DNA of 64,000 nucleotides from Paraphysomonas bandaiensis. Its lineage: Eukaryota > Protista > Chrysophyceae. Below are positions 54,801 to 64,000 of this stretch, piece after piece (the stretch's first letter is position 1; each line of letters opens with the position of its first letter). The notes under the pieces are model-generated. The model was given only the letters and a program-made list of their open reading frames with translations. It was not told the DNA's origin and searched no databases. Location: the NCBI GenBank assembly GCA_965644295.1, contig CBFFRP010000394.1, forward strand, positions 62,001 to 126,000, read 5' to 3'. The position numbers and the translations under genes were made by a program.

Positions 54801-55306
54801 TATTAATTTGCTACTGAACATATATAGCAAATATTCGATCTAAGAATACCTGTTGTGAGTGTTTCTTGATAGTGGTGAAATAGTCATTAATTTAAAGCAA
54901 GTTTTTTATGCGTAACATGATAATCGTAGAATAAAAGCATACAGTATGAATATTGATAGTAGTGGTGTATGTCGTAAGCACAGCGTTGAAACAAAAGTAA
55001 TGCTGATTACGACTCGTGAGCACCAAAATTACATATCCCAATAAATATATACACACATCACGCTGCTCCAGAGAAAAAATTCGACTGAATACAGTATGCA
55101 ACCCATACTAATCTCTGAGCTGTCAACGCATGCTTATGTCAGTTTTTTATATATATGATAGCGATATATACAGAATGCAGAGTTGAAAATATACAGAATT
55201 CGATAGCGATATAGTGGAGTTATTAGGGGAAAAGCATGAATGTCATAATGAGATTCTATTACTGTAGTCACGCACCATTACTGTAATATGTTAGACGCAT
55301 ACAGAT

Positions 55307-55513
55307 TGTTGAGTTCTGCTATATGAGAGCAACTGAAAGCTGTAGCTATAAGGTATATTTAAATTACAGTAGTACACAGTTGTACTCTTCTTGTTAATCG
55401 TACTGTGAGAATGAATGACAATAAATATATGGTAATAAAACGGAATATAGTGACGATATAAGTTTTAGTGACGAAGTAAGATCGTACGAGAAATGAGTGG
55501 AAGTAGAGACAAC
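55307..55513 (+). mobile_element. Diverged LTR relic of the Copia-derived family
   Basis: TGTTGAGTTCTGCT...AAAGCTGTA and GTAAGATCGTACGAGAAATGAGTGGAAGTAGAGA match the 268-bp LTR. Confidence 0.7.
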
Positions 55514-55574
55514 AGGAAAAAGAAATGATAAGAGATACAGATCACAATTTATTGCAATCCAATATAATTCTCAT

Positions 55575-55696
55575 ATATGAAAGTCATATTATTAGCAGCA
55601 GGCGTCAATATAACCAACACCAGATAAGTAGTTAGATGAAGACTAGTCAAGCTAGATCGACCTCTACCAGTAACTAGCTAGCACAGATTCCCGTAT
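55575..55696 (-). mobile_element. Extreme 3' end relic of retroposon family C
   Basis: AGATGAAGACTAGTCAAGCTAGATCGACCTCTACCAGTAACTA is identical to 59655-59697. Confidence 0.75.
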
Positions 55697-56127
55697 GTTA
55701 AGTACTTTTCATATAATGTCAAACTTTGATACAGAAGACATGATTCAAAACTTAATACTTTCGTCATGTTGGTTCGTTATGTGCGCATATAAATCTCTCA
55801 CCCCCCCCAAAAAAAAGAAAGTACAATCGAAGTGATGCTGAAGTACATGTGTATCAAGCTTTCTACATCTGCCTCATAACGGATACTATTTCATAGTTGT
55901 TACCGAAGAGCATCTGTGAACACATACCAAAAGATTGATTCAGATTTAATTCGACCACTTAAAAGACTACAACTATAACACTAACAACAGGTGACAAATC
56001 TAACACCTACACAAGCTTAAACCAATCACCCGAAGTAAAGTTTTCGACTCAAATCTTACCAGCATGGCTAGCTGCCTCGGAACTATTGTAACGAAATTGG
56101 CGCAGTTCACTCACCTCCTGCGTGCAT

Positions 56128-58422
56128 TCATTTACTGAATCGAAGGCACTTCCAGATACCTCTGCCACTGATGAGCTTTGATAATACTACGAAAGATGGG
56201 TAGCCAACAAAGAGTGCAAGAGCATTAACGACAGGGGAATTGTTGAAAGTGCGCAAGTACATCCACAGAGGAAGGGCAAACATCACCATTGCACTGCGAT
56301 CAAGAAGAGCATATTGCTTAGCTGCCGCAGCATTACGAGCAGTGAGCTTAATAATCTTCTCGCAGATAGCTCGTGTCTTGGCAGCATTGGGGTCGGACGA
56401 TGGAATTCGCCCTAATATGTCTTTCGCGAAATACGCAAACCACTTGTGGACCCCAACAGTGCTTGTTGAATCGAGGATAAGCTTTGCAGCCATACCTTTT
56501 CTGATCTTTACAACTCCGGTAAACACCTTCGGATTATTGTACAGCTCCCCGAGAGTGGCTATGGCCATAACCTGTGGGATCGCACAAAACCTAAACACCT
56601 CCTTCGTCTGAAGCAGGTCAAGATAATCAAGGCATTCCGGAACACACTCCAGGGCGTTCGTGATAAGGTGGTTCAAGCAGTGTACTGACTTGGTAATCCT
56701 CTCGGGTTTAGCCAGTTCCCCTAAGTCATCGCAAGTAGTGTACTGTCTCCATATCTCACGTGGCCAGAAGGTGCGCCCATCTACATAGTCTTCTAGGTAA
56801 TCGCGAATGATATTAGTCTTCTGCAGAAAGAGTCCCATAGTGTTGGCTAATGTGGTGCACACAGCGCCAACTTTTTCCGACTCGTACCCAGAAGACTCAA
56901 ACAAACGAGATAAACCTTCGCCCACTAAACCAGCGACATAGTGGCAGTAAAGGTCGTAATCGGACACAAGCATAGTGCCCTGGCCAAGATCCTTCTCCAC
57001 ATACTGTGCCATGCCTTCACCCATGCGGCGGGTTATGTCAGCAATGACGATCTGGCTTGAGGCAGGAAGAGATTTAAAAACAGCTGCAACCCTGTGGAAT
57101 TCTTGCAGCAGAGTTGCTTCATCCCCCTCACCGACACCAGCCAAACGCCACTTCTCGTCCACAAGTCCTGTGCGATAGAACGAGCACAAGTGGCGAACCT
57201 TTTCCGACTCTCTTCCAGCAAATGCTTGCATATCGTCCTCTATGGTATCCAGTGCCCGAAGCGCCAAGTAGAATACCATGATGTCCAGGGTCAGGCTGGA
57301 CGGCAGCTGTCGAATAACAGCTGCAAAAGATCGACTGACTAGACCAAGCATTCGGTCACAGAATGCCACGTTTTCATCCCTGATATCCACCCTATTCTCC
57401 ATCTCATTGCCGTACTTCATCTGAAGGGCTGCTGTCACCTCATCCAGACGCAACAGCTGACTGAGCATTGAGTGTTTGTGGATCTTTACCTTTCCGTAAG
57501 ACCCCTGCTTAAGACTCCTGTCTCCGGTACGGGTCGCAGAATCTGATTTAGCTCCCTGGGCAGCATAAGGAGATATAGACTTTCCAAGCCATGCACCCGC
57601 ATTACCCCCACCCCCCATATGTTCTTCAGTGGGGTCAAACCTGTGAATGCTTTTCACATCCACAAATTTATCGGTAGTGAGTGTTGCATTCAGATCAGCC
57701 CACCAATAGGGCAAGAAATTTTCAGCTATGATTCTGAACCATGGAGACCAGAGGAGTCCAGAAGAGGGATCCATCATTTCGCGCAGCTCGGAGAGTGTGA
57801 CATATTTAGTGTCCATAACTTCGTCCGGATTGGCATCCACATTAACATCAGCTTGAATGAAAAGGATATAGTCAATCTCATGTTCCCCCCAAGGAGAGTT
57901 CTTTCCATGTGTGACAACATCCGCCGCCCAATAGTGAAGACGAGTAAGAAACTTAAACTTTGATACAGGTACTTCATGAGCATCTATACCCAACTCTTGC
58001 TTCAGTTTCCGTACAGCAGCGGCTTTAGCACCAGGTACAGTACCTGATGCAATTGCTTCATCATCATCAACTTCACATGGCTCATAGCCATATAAAGGAT
58101 GACTACAACATGTATTTGTCCATACATTTGGAAATGTAACTTTACTTTGAGCACGTTGTTGTAAAAGTAACCGTCCATTGGAATCAAATAAAAAAACTGA
58201 AAAAGCACGATGAAGTAACCCTCTAGGCTACAAAATGAAGTGAGTTAGATATATATATATGAATATATATGAATATATACATACATTCTCTTGATTAAAT
58301 ACATGTGCTGTACTTTTAGATGAACTACCAATAACTTTATCTGTACGATCACATAGTATGCATTCATCCATTTTCATAAAATCTTCTTGAGTCATGCCTT
58401 CACCACTCCATACTTTGGACAT
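56128..58422 (-). CDS. Isopentenyl-diphosphate isomerase (type 1) - squalene synthase fusion (IDI-SQS), 2 exons
   Basis: IDI: LHRAFSVF, LLQQR...KVTFPNVWTNTCCSH, WGEHEIDY, WSPWF. SQS: VSRSFAAVI, RALDTIEDD, YCHYVAGLVGEGL, MGLFLQKTNIIRDYLED, FCAIPQVMA, C-terminal TM. Confidence 0.96.
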
Positions 58423-58959
58423 TTTTTTATTAGTAATGATTATAGAATCAAATGTGGCTTGTAAAGTAAGTCAATATAAATGAAGTTATCAATATGAAGA
58501 TGTTATTGAATTCTCTTCTATATGATGTGGAGAGTATATCAATGTACCATACCATCCAGAGTGTTCTACATACATATCCATACATAACAAACTGTGGAAT
58601 CCTATAGCTTCATTTCAGGCCACACACACCACACATAAATACCTCCACAAGAATACAACAAATACAACAAATACAGTTAGTAGAGATATGATATAATACA
58701 GTATTGTATTTCAACGTATTTCAAGGATTTGTTATACAGGATATACAGTAACTGTATAAAGTAACTGTCAAACTATGGGGTCTTACTGTCCTCAATGCAA
58801 CCATCAGATCATGATGTATGGTAAGTTGCATTGTTATTGCAGAAATAAACCATGAGTTGCAATCTTTACACTCTATTATGGTAGTGAGGATAGAGGAGTA
58901 GGTTGATCTATTATTTCGACAGCATACAGGCACAGCATCCTCTCCTACACGACAATAAA

Positions 58960-59136
58960 ATGTCCTCAGTAAGCCCTCAAGATACAGCACAATATGGGGA
59001 ATTTTATAATGGAAATATCCAGCAACAACAAAATCAGATAACGCAACTTCAAAGAACATCGTATCAGATACTTCAAGTACTCTTCCCAATTATAAACGTA
59101 AAGAAAAGTTTCATATATGAGATGAAGATATGTTGA
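58960..59136 (+). CDS. Possible first exon or small gene of unknown function
   Basis: ATG in AAAATG context, MSSVSPQDTAQYGEFYNGNIQQQQNQ; divergent from IDI-SQS; no recognisable motif. Confidence 0.25.
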   Translation: MSSVSPQDTAQYGEFYNGNIQQQQNQITQLQRTSYQILQVLFPIINVKKSFIYEMKIC

Positions 59137-59596
59137 GAGTGTTGGATATATAAAATTCCTTCTGATAAGCCAAGGATTTATAGAGTTATGACTCTACCAA
59201 AAAAGAACTATAGTTTAGCAAATTTATTTGTATTCTAACTGCGAACCTTACCTCTTTGCCACTACATTGTTCAGGTATTTAATCGGGACTTTCACCGAAT
59301 TCGAATTCACCTGATCGACACGTTTTAGGATATGATATGTTTCAGCTACTCTAACCTGTATTACTCTTTTTCTTTCCTCATAATTGCAGTATGAATGTTT
59401 AAAGCTCACATAGAACTCTACCTCAACATAGTATAGTGCCACGGTATGATATTCTCATGTAGTTGGACATTTAGCGCTTGTGAAGATTATTCCTTCAGTC
59501 GTCATTTTCGAAGCATTTTCGTTATAATTTTCACCTGAAACTGACATTAGTATGATAAAAATTAACCAACTGAACTTTTAAACTTTCTCAATTACT

Positions 59597-60410
59597 GTGT
59601 ATGAAAGTCTTATTATTAGGAGTAGGCGTCAAGAATCGACATCAGATAAGTGTAAGATGAAGACTAGTCAAGCTAGATCGACCTCTACCAGTAACTAACT
59701 AGTACAAATTCTCATACCCTACTATTTAACGCTACAGACTCTGTTTGTGCGTCGCCGCAAGCACCAAGGTGCAATCACTTATTTCATGTTTTCTACATCA
59801 TACATACATACATACATAGAAATAGTAACATTCGAAATGGTGTCTTTCTGCAGCTGTCTGCTAAGTATTGACTATTATTGTGTATATTGGCACTATTATA
59901 TCCTATGCGCATTGCTGAGTTCTGATAAGAACCAATGTATCTGGGAATGACTATGTGTGTTGTATATGTTTGTATGAATGCTTATTATGGGTGTATTGAT
60001 ATTATGCTATAGTGGTTATTAGCACTGTATAATGGCTAGATGAGGTGCATTGAGATGTCAGATGTGTGCTATGATATTGAGTGTGTGGACGATATATACT
60101 GTGATATATGAGAATGCATATATGGGTGATAATCTTGGGGTGATGATGAAATACATTAGACCTGATCACTTCCGTTATTGTGTGTGAGGGAGAAGCTCTC
60201 TGCGGACGTCAGTCCTGGAAGTACAGAAGGATCAGTCGGGAGGACGCCCCAATAGATAGGGCTCCTCGGGACTCTGTGGAGGAGGTTCTGTATCGGTGAG
60301 TCAAGTATTCTTCAACTGAGATATATGGACGAGGGGGTATGTTGGTATGGCTATTGCTGCGAGTTGGGCCTTGGGCAGAGGAGTAGCTCGCGGGGCCGCG
60401 TTAGGTCTCC
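59597..60410 (-). mobile_element. 814-bp retroposon (family C) with LINE-type 3' tail and 15-bp TSD
   Basis: ACTTTCTCAATTACT at 59582-59596 and 60411-60425; tail motif at 59718-59774 nearly identical to the LINE 3' UTR at 18070-18126. Confidence 0.85.
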
Positions 60411-60661
60411 ACTTTCTCAATTACTAATAATTAAAATTGTGATTAACACTAACTCAATTAAGCGTGGTAGAATGTACATGTAACTGGCCAAGTATATAGT
60501 ATATGTATCTGTATGTTCTCAAAACTACGACATTGCCGCTGTTATAACACTGCCAATCACATTCACTGTGATTTTTACTATTATGAATAGTTCTACCATT
60601 AATTGGTCTCAACACTTCACACTACATGCTAACCAATGAAAAATGATTCTAACAATACTAT

Positions 60662-62857
60662 CTATTTCTTTTTAACACGCTTCTTTACTGACTTTTTTTC
60701 GCTCGACCCACTATCCATTTCCATTCCAGGAATATACTCACTCTTATCGCGACGGTTAGCTCTCTCTAGTCTGTCCCCATCCGTAGCCACTTTCTGCGGA
60801 ATGAATGACATTTCTCGGACGATGCCTTCATCGGTTTTAATTATCTTAACAGCACTAGAGGAATTTTGATCGTTGGAAGTTGATGACGCAGCTTCCGCAA
60901 GCCGATCTGAAAGAACTCTTGTCTCTGCCTTCCGCTTTTCTTTTCGTTGTTGTGCCTCTTGTGGTGTGTGAGCAAATACCGCCCTCTCTGCACTCACTCC
61001 AGCAGCAAGCTCAAACATCTTCGCCTTCCGCTTACGTTTAGCGGTCTCATTGCCAGTTTCAGCACTACGTTTAAGCATCTTCTGGGTTGTAGAAAGAATT
61101 GCACCCTCACTCTTGTCTCTGCCCTTGGCGGAGTCCTTCGACTTCGATTTCGGTCTATCTTCACTATCCGAGTGGTATCGTACTTCCGGACCGATAGAGT
61201 CACCGCTGGCAGAGCTCTCGTAGCCAAAGTCCTCATCATCAACACTGTCTGCATCAGAGTCTTCATGTAAAGTATATATATCCCGGACCGGTCCCAGTTC
61301 ATCATCTTCACTATCAATCTCCGCGTCTTCACGGGATTTCGCCCCGCCACTGGGGTTACGAAGTCTGTACTCATGCGATTCCACATCCTGCTCGAACTCT
61401 TCTCGTTTGAACAGGGCTGCAAATCTATCGTCTACTATTTTATCCGCAGAAGGAGCAGTTTTCATAAACTTCTCTGCCAATTGCTTGTTAACCTTAGGCA
61501 AACGCTTCTGTGCATTGATACGGCTCTGTCTACGCTCCTCGATCTTGTCACGAATGCGAGCTTTGCGATGCTCTTCGTACTCGAACGGCTTGCTCACAGC
61601 ACGTAGCTTGGAATACAGACCCATTTCTATGAAGAAGCCATGCATGTAGCCCTTCAACATAGGCGTACCAATAAGACCTGACGCACCGAGATCCTCCACC
61701 TCAGCCCGAGTAAGAAACTTGTAGTCCTCGTAAGCGGATCCGGATCCCCCAGGTCCTCCAAGTGCCGTCTCCTCAAGTTCCTCCGTAATTCCCTCGAGGA
61801 AAGAGCACCAACGAGGAGCTGGACCCAGTTGTGGGACAAAGTATGACATCACTCTGGACTGTTCTCCACCTATAAACATAAGTCCAGAGGGCCCCCGCTG
61901 GTCTCTCACAGGAAGCAGAGCATTGATGTCACAGGGTGGCTCAATGTTGGTCAGGATCTGCCCCATGTTTCCGCCAGACCGCTTCCATACCTTTGCTATT
62001 TTCTTATCTGTGGATATAATATGCCCGGACTCGTTATGATAAGCGATATCAATTATAGGGAGGCCATACTGGTGCTCCTTCGTGTATAGCGGTGTGCTGG
62101 AACGGATGTCGTATATAACACAGTTGCCGTCAGAGGAACCCAGACCGAGCGTAAGCCCATCAGTGTCGAATTTCAGAGCTGTGATCTCCGACGCCCCACG
62201 TTGGGCCTGTGGAAGGCGTATGCGAGATACTGCAGTACGACTACGTAGATCCCAGAACTCGCATATACCCTCCTCCCCTCCACAGGCGAGAAGGGGATGT
62301 ACAGGATTGATATGCAGTTTGTTGCACCCTGAATAGCTCATAGAGAATGGTTCTTTAAACATGCCAGTCTCAAGATTCAGTCGATACACTTCATCACCAC
62401 ATGCTCCAACAAAGAGATCGCATGAACTCCAATGATACTGTAAATCTCTCCCAAACTTCGGTATTCTAACACTGTAATGCGTTCCATAGGGGGCATGGAA
62501 ATTAAGATTCCGGTCAGTCTGTAAAAACACTAATTTGCCGAAGTTATCAGACAGACATTCAAACGCCACAACTTCAGCATTAAGTCCTCTCTGAAACTTT
62601 AATGCCATATCAGACACTGTGTAGCACTTAACTACCGGTGGGTACGTCCCGGTGGCAATAATATGCTCTCCATCTTTCGTCATCTTTAAACATTGTGTGG
62701 CTGTTGGCATCTCAAAGTCTTGAATCAATTCAAGACGACGTCTATAATCCTCATCTTTTGCTAATGCTCGTTTCTTACGTTCTGATAGAAAGAGTGGAAG
62801 TGTTTTATTATTAGATAAATTATATACTTTGCATCCATTAAAGGTCGCCACTTTCAT
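60662..62857 (-). CDS. NOL10: Nucleolar protein 10 / Enp2 (WD40 + NUC153), 40S biogenesis
   Basis: RRLELIQDFEMP, ATGTYPP, RIPKFGRD, VYRLNLE, LGPAPRWCSFLE, YEDYKFLT, GYMHGFF, PKVNK, DDRFAALF. Confidence 0.96.
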   Translation of the reverse strand: MKVATFNGCKVYNLSNNKTLPLFLSERKKRALAKDEDYRRRLELIQDFEMPTATQCLKMTKDGEHIIATGTYPPVVKCYTVSDMALKFQRGLNAEVVAFECLSDNFGKLVFLQTDRNLNFHAPYGTHYSVRIPKFGRDLQYHWSSCDLFVGACGDEVYRLNLETGMFKEPFSMSYSGCNKLHINPVHPLLACGGEEGICEFWDLRSRTAVSRIRLPQAQRGASEITALKFDTDGLTLGLGSSDGNCVIYDIRSSTPLYTKEHQYGLPIIDIAYHNESGHIISTDKKIAKVWKRSGGNMGQILTNIEPPCDINALLPVRDQRGPSGLMFIGGEQSRVMSYFVPQLGPAPRWCSFLEGITEELEETALGGPGGSGSAYEDYKFLTRAEVEDLGASGLIGTPMLKGYMHGFFIEMGLYSKLRAVSKPFEYEEHRKARIRDKIEERRQSRINAQKRLPKVNKQLAEKFMKTAPSADKIVDDRFAALFKREEFEQDVESHEYRLRNPSGGAKSREDAEIDSEDDELGPVRDIYTLHEDSDADSVDDEDFGYESSASGDSIGPEVRYHSDSEDRPKSKSKDSAKGRDKSEGAILSTTQKMLKRSAETGNETAKRKRKAKMFELAAGVSAERAVFAHTPQEAQQRKEKRKAETRVLSDRLAEAASSTSNDQNSSSAVKIIKTDEGIVREMSFIPQKVATDGDRLERANRRDKSEYIPGMEMDSGSSEKKSVKKRVKKK

Positions 62858-63517
62858 GTTGGAATATGAAGAGAATTGATAGGGATCAGTGTGTGTAGTG
62901 GGAGTGGATAGTTATGTTAATATATGGAGTTTGTGGTGTGTTGAGGTTACGATGATGATAATAGTGAGAATAATGGACGGCTGGGTAGAGTATGTATACA
63001 TATATAGTGTAGAGGTGGAAGTATAGTGGAGTTATGTATAGTATAGAGGTGCATACACTTCCTTCCATTCATATTTGTTGGTTATATGATCGAATAGGAG
63101 GAAAGTATCTCGATTTATACTACTATGATTGGTTTAGAGAGAATGGAGATCACATTGTATACTGCTGTACACTGCTGTATGAGGATGAAGTGAAGTACTG
63201 TGTACTCATACCATACAACATTACGAAAACCCATATTTTTAACACATGGAAAACTTGAATCTACAGTACAGTATATGGTGATCCAAATATATTTTAGTAA
63301 AAGTGGGATATTTCTAGGATAAAATTAGCAGATACGATATTCGTAGTAGATATGTAGAATGTCCATCGATAGGTACAGCAGCAGTATACATATATATACA
63401 GAGTATGTCTAGATTGGAATAGGCAGGTACAACAATATGAGTACATGTCTTGGAAGTACATGTAGATAGGAATGATATACCATCCCATCACATTAATATC
63501 ACATTAACTAAACTATC

Positions 63518-64000
63518 ATGACAATACACCATATTCTTACCCGTTCCTCTCATATCCCTCGATTAACACGTTCATTCTCATCACGTCCTCCTCTTATCAT
63601 TCGTATTGCTCTGGTGGGTTCAACAGTAACACTCGCCACACCTCTATTCACAATAGCCGGTATCACCGTACAACACACATGATATTATATATAACTACTC
63701 ACAGGTGTTGCACGAGTATGGCAATCAATTCTACCAAAAACATTAATGGGACAATATGCAAAAACTGCTGTAGCTACACTCATAGGCGGTGGAGTGGTCA
63801 CACTAACATATCACTATGTATGGCCTGCATTGCGTGATTATGCAGATATGGTATTGCCTTTTGCTCTTAGCAATGGTGTAGCATGTATGTGCTGGCAGGC
63901 TGTATTTGAGGGGATATTCGGATTGGAAGTTCTTCTCGGTGCATCTCAGCTGTCGAACATGAAGAGTTTATTCCCGTATCTGTCGTCTATGCCGATGTTT
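63518..64000 (+). CDS. 5' part of a hypothetical membrane protein with mitochondrial-type presequence (runs off the window)
   Basis: MTIHHILTRSSHIPRLTRSFSSRPP...; intron 63660-63704; frame stays open to the window end. Confidence 0.65.

Overview
Gene-dense eukaryotic DNA with short GT-AG introns. The IDI-squalene synthase fusion, class II RNR and monomeric IDH fit a stramenopile-type protist (inference). Host genes: atypical TxH MAPK-like kinase, coiled-coil protein, AT-hook/SIM protein built from tandem exon-intron units, myristoylated EF-hand protein, B12-dependent class II RNR head-to-head with monomeric NADP-IDH, TRPV-like channel, SLC17-type MFS transporter, GRIP golgin, small 2-TM protein, GOLD/F-box protein, IDI-SQS, NOL10/Enp2 and a partial gene at the right edge. 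Mobile DNA: (i) a 6.7-kb CMC (CACTA/Plavaka-like) transposon at 8115-14802 with 9-bp TIRs, a TT TSD, palindromic subterminal arrays and two divergent genes; (ii) a 5'-truncated APE-RT-RNaseH LINE at 17947-23505 flanked by a 1188-bp direct duplication of the host gene's 3' part; (iii) a non-autonomous Copia derivative with identical LTRs; (iv) a hAT-type MITE; (v) seven short retroposed copies sharing the LINE's 3' tail. Three of these begin at a common 5' boundary with a sequence that folds like an HDV-like ribozyme. This candidate ribozyme-headed SINE/LINE partnership is the most promising undescribed system in the window. All calls come from reading the sequence by eye; no searches or folding programs were run.
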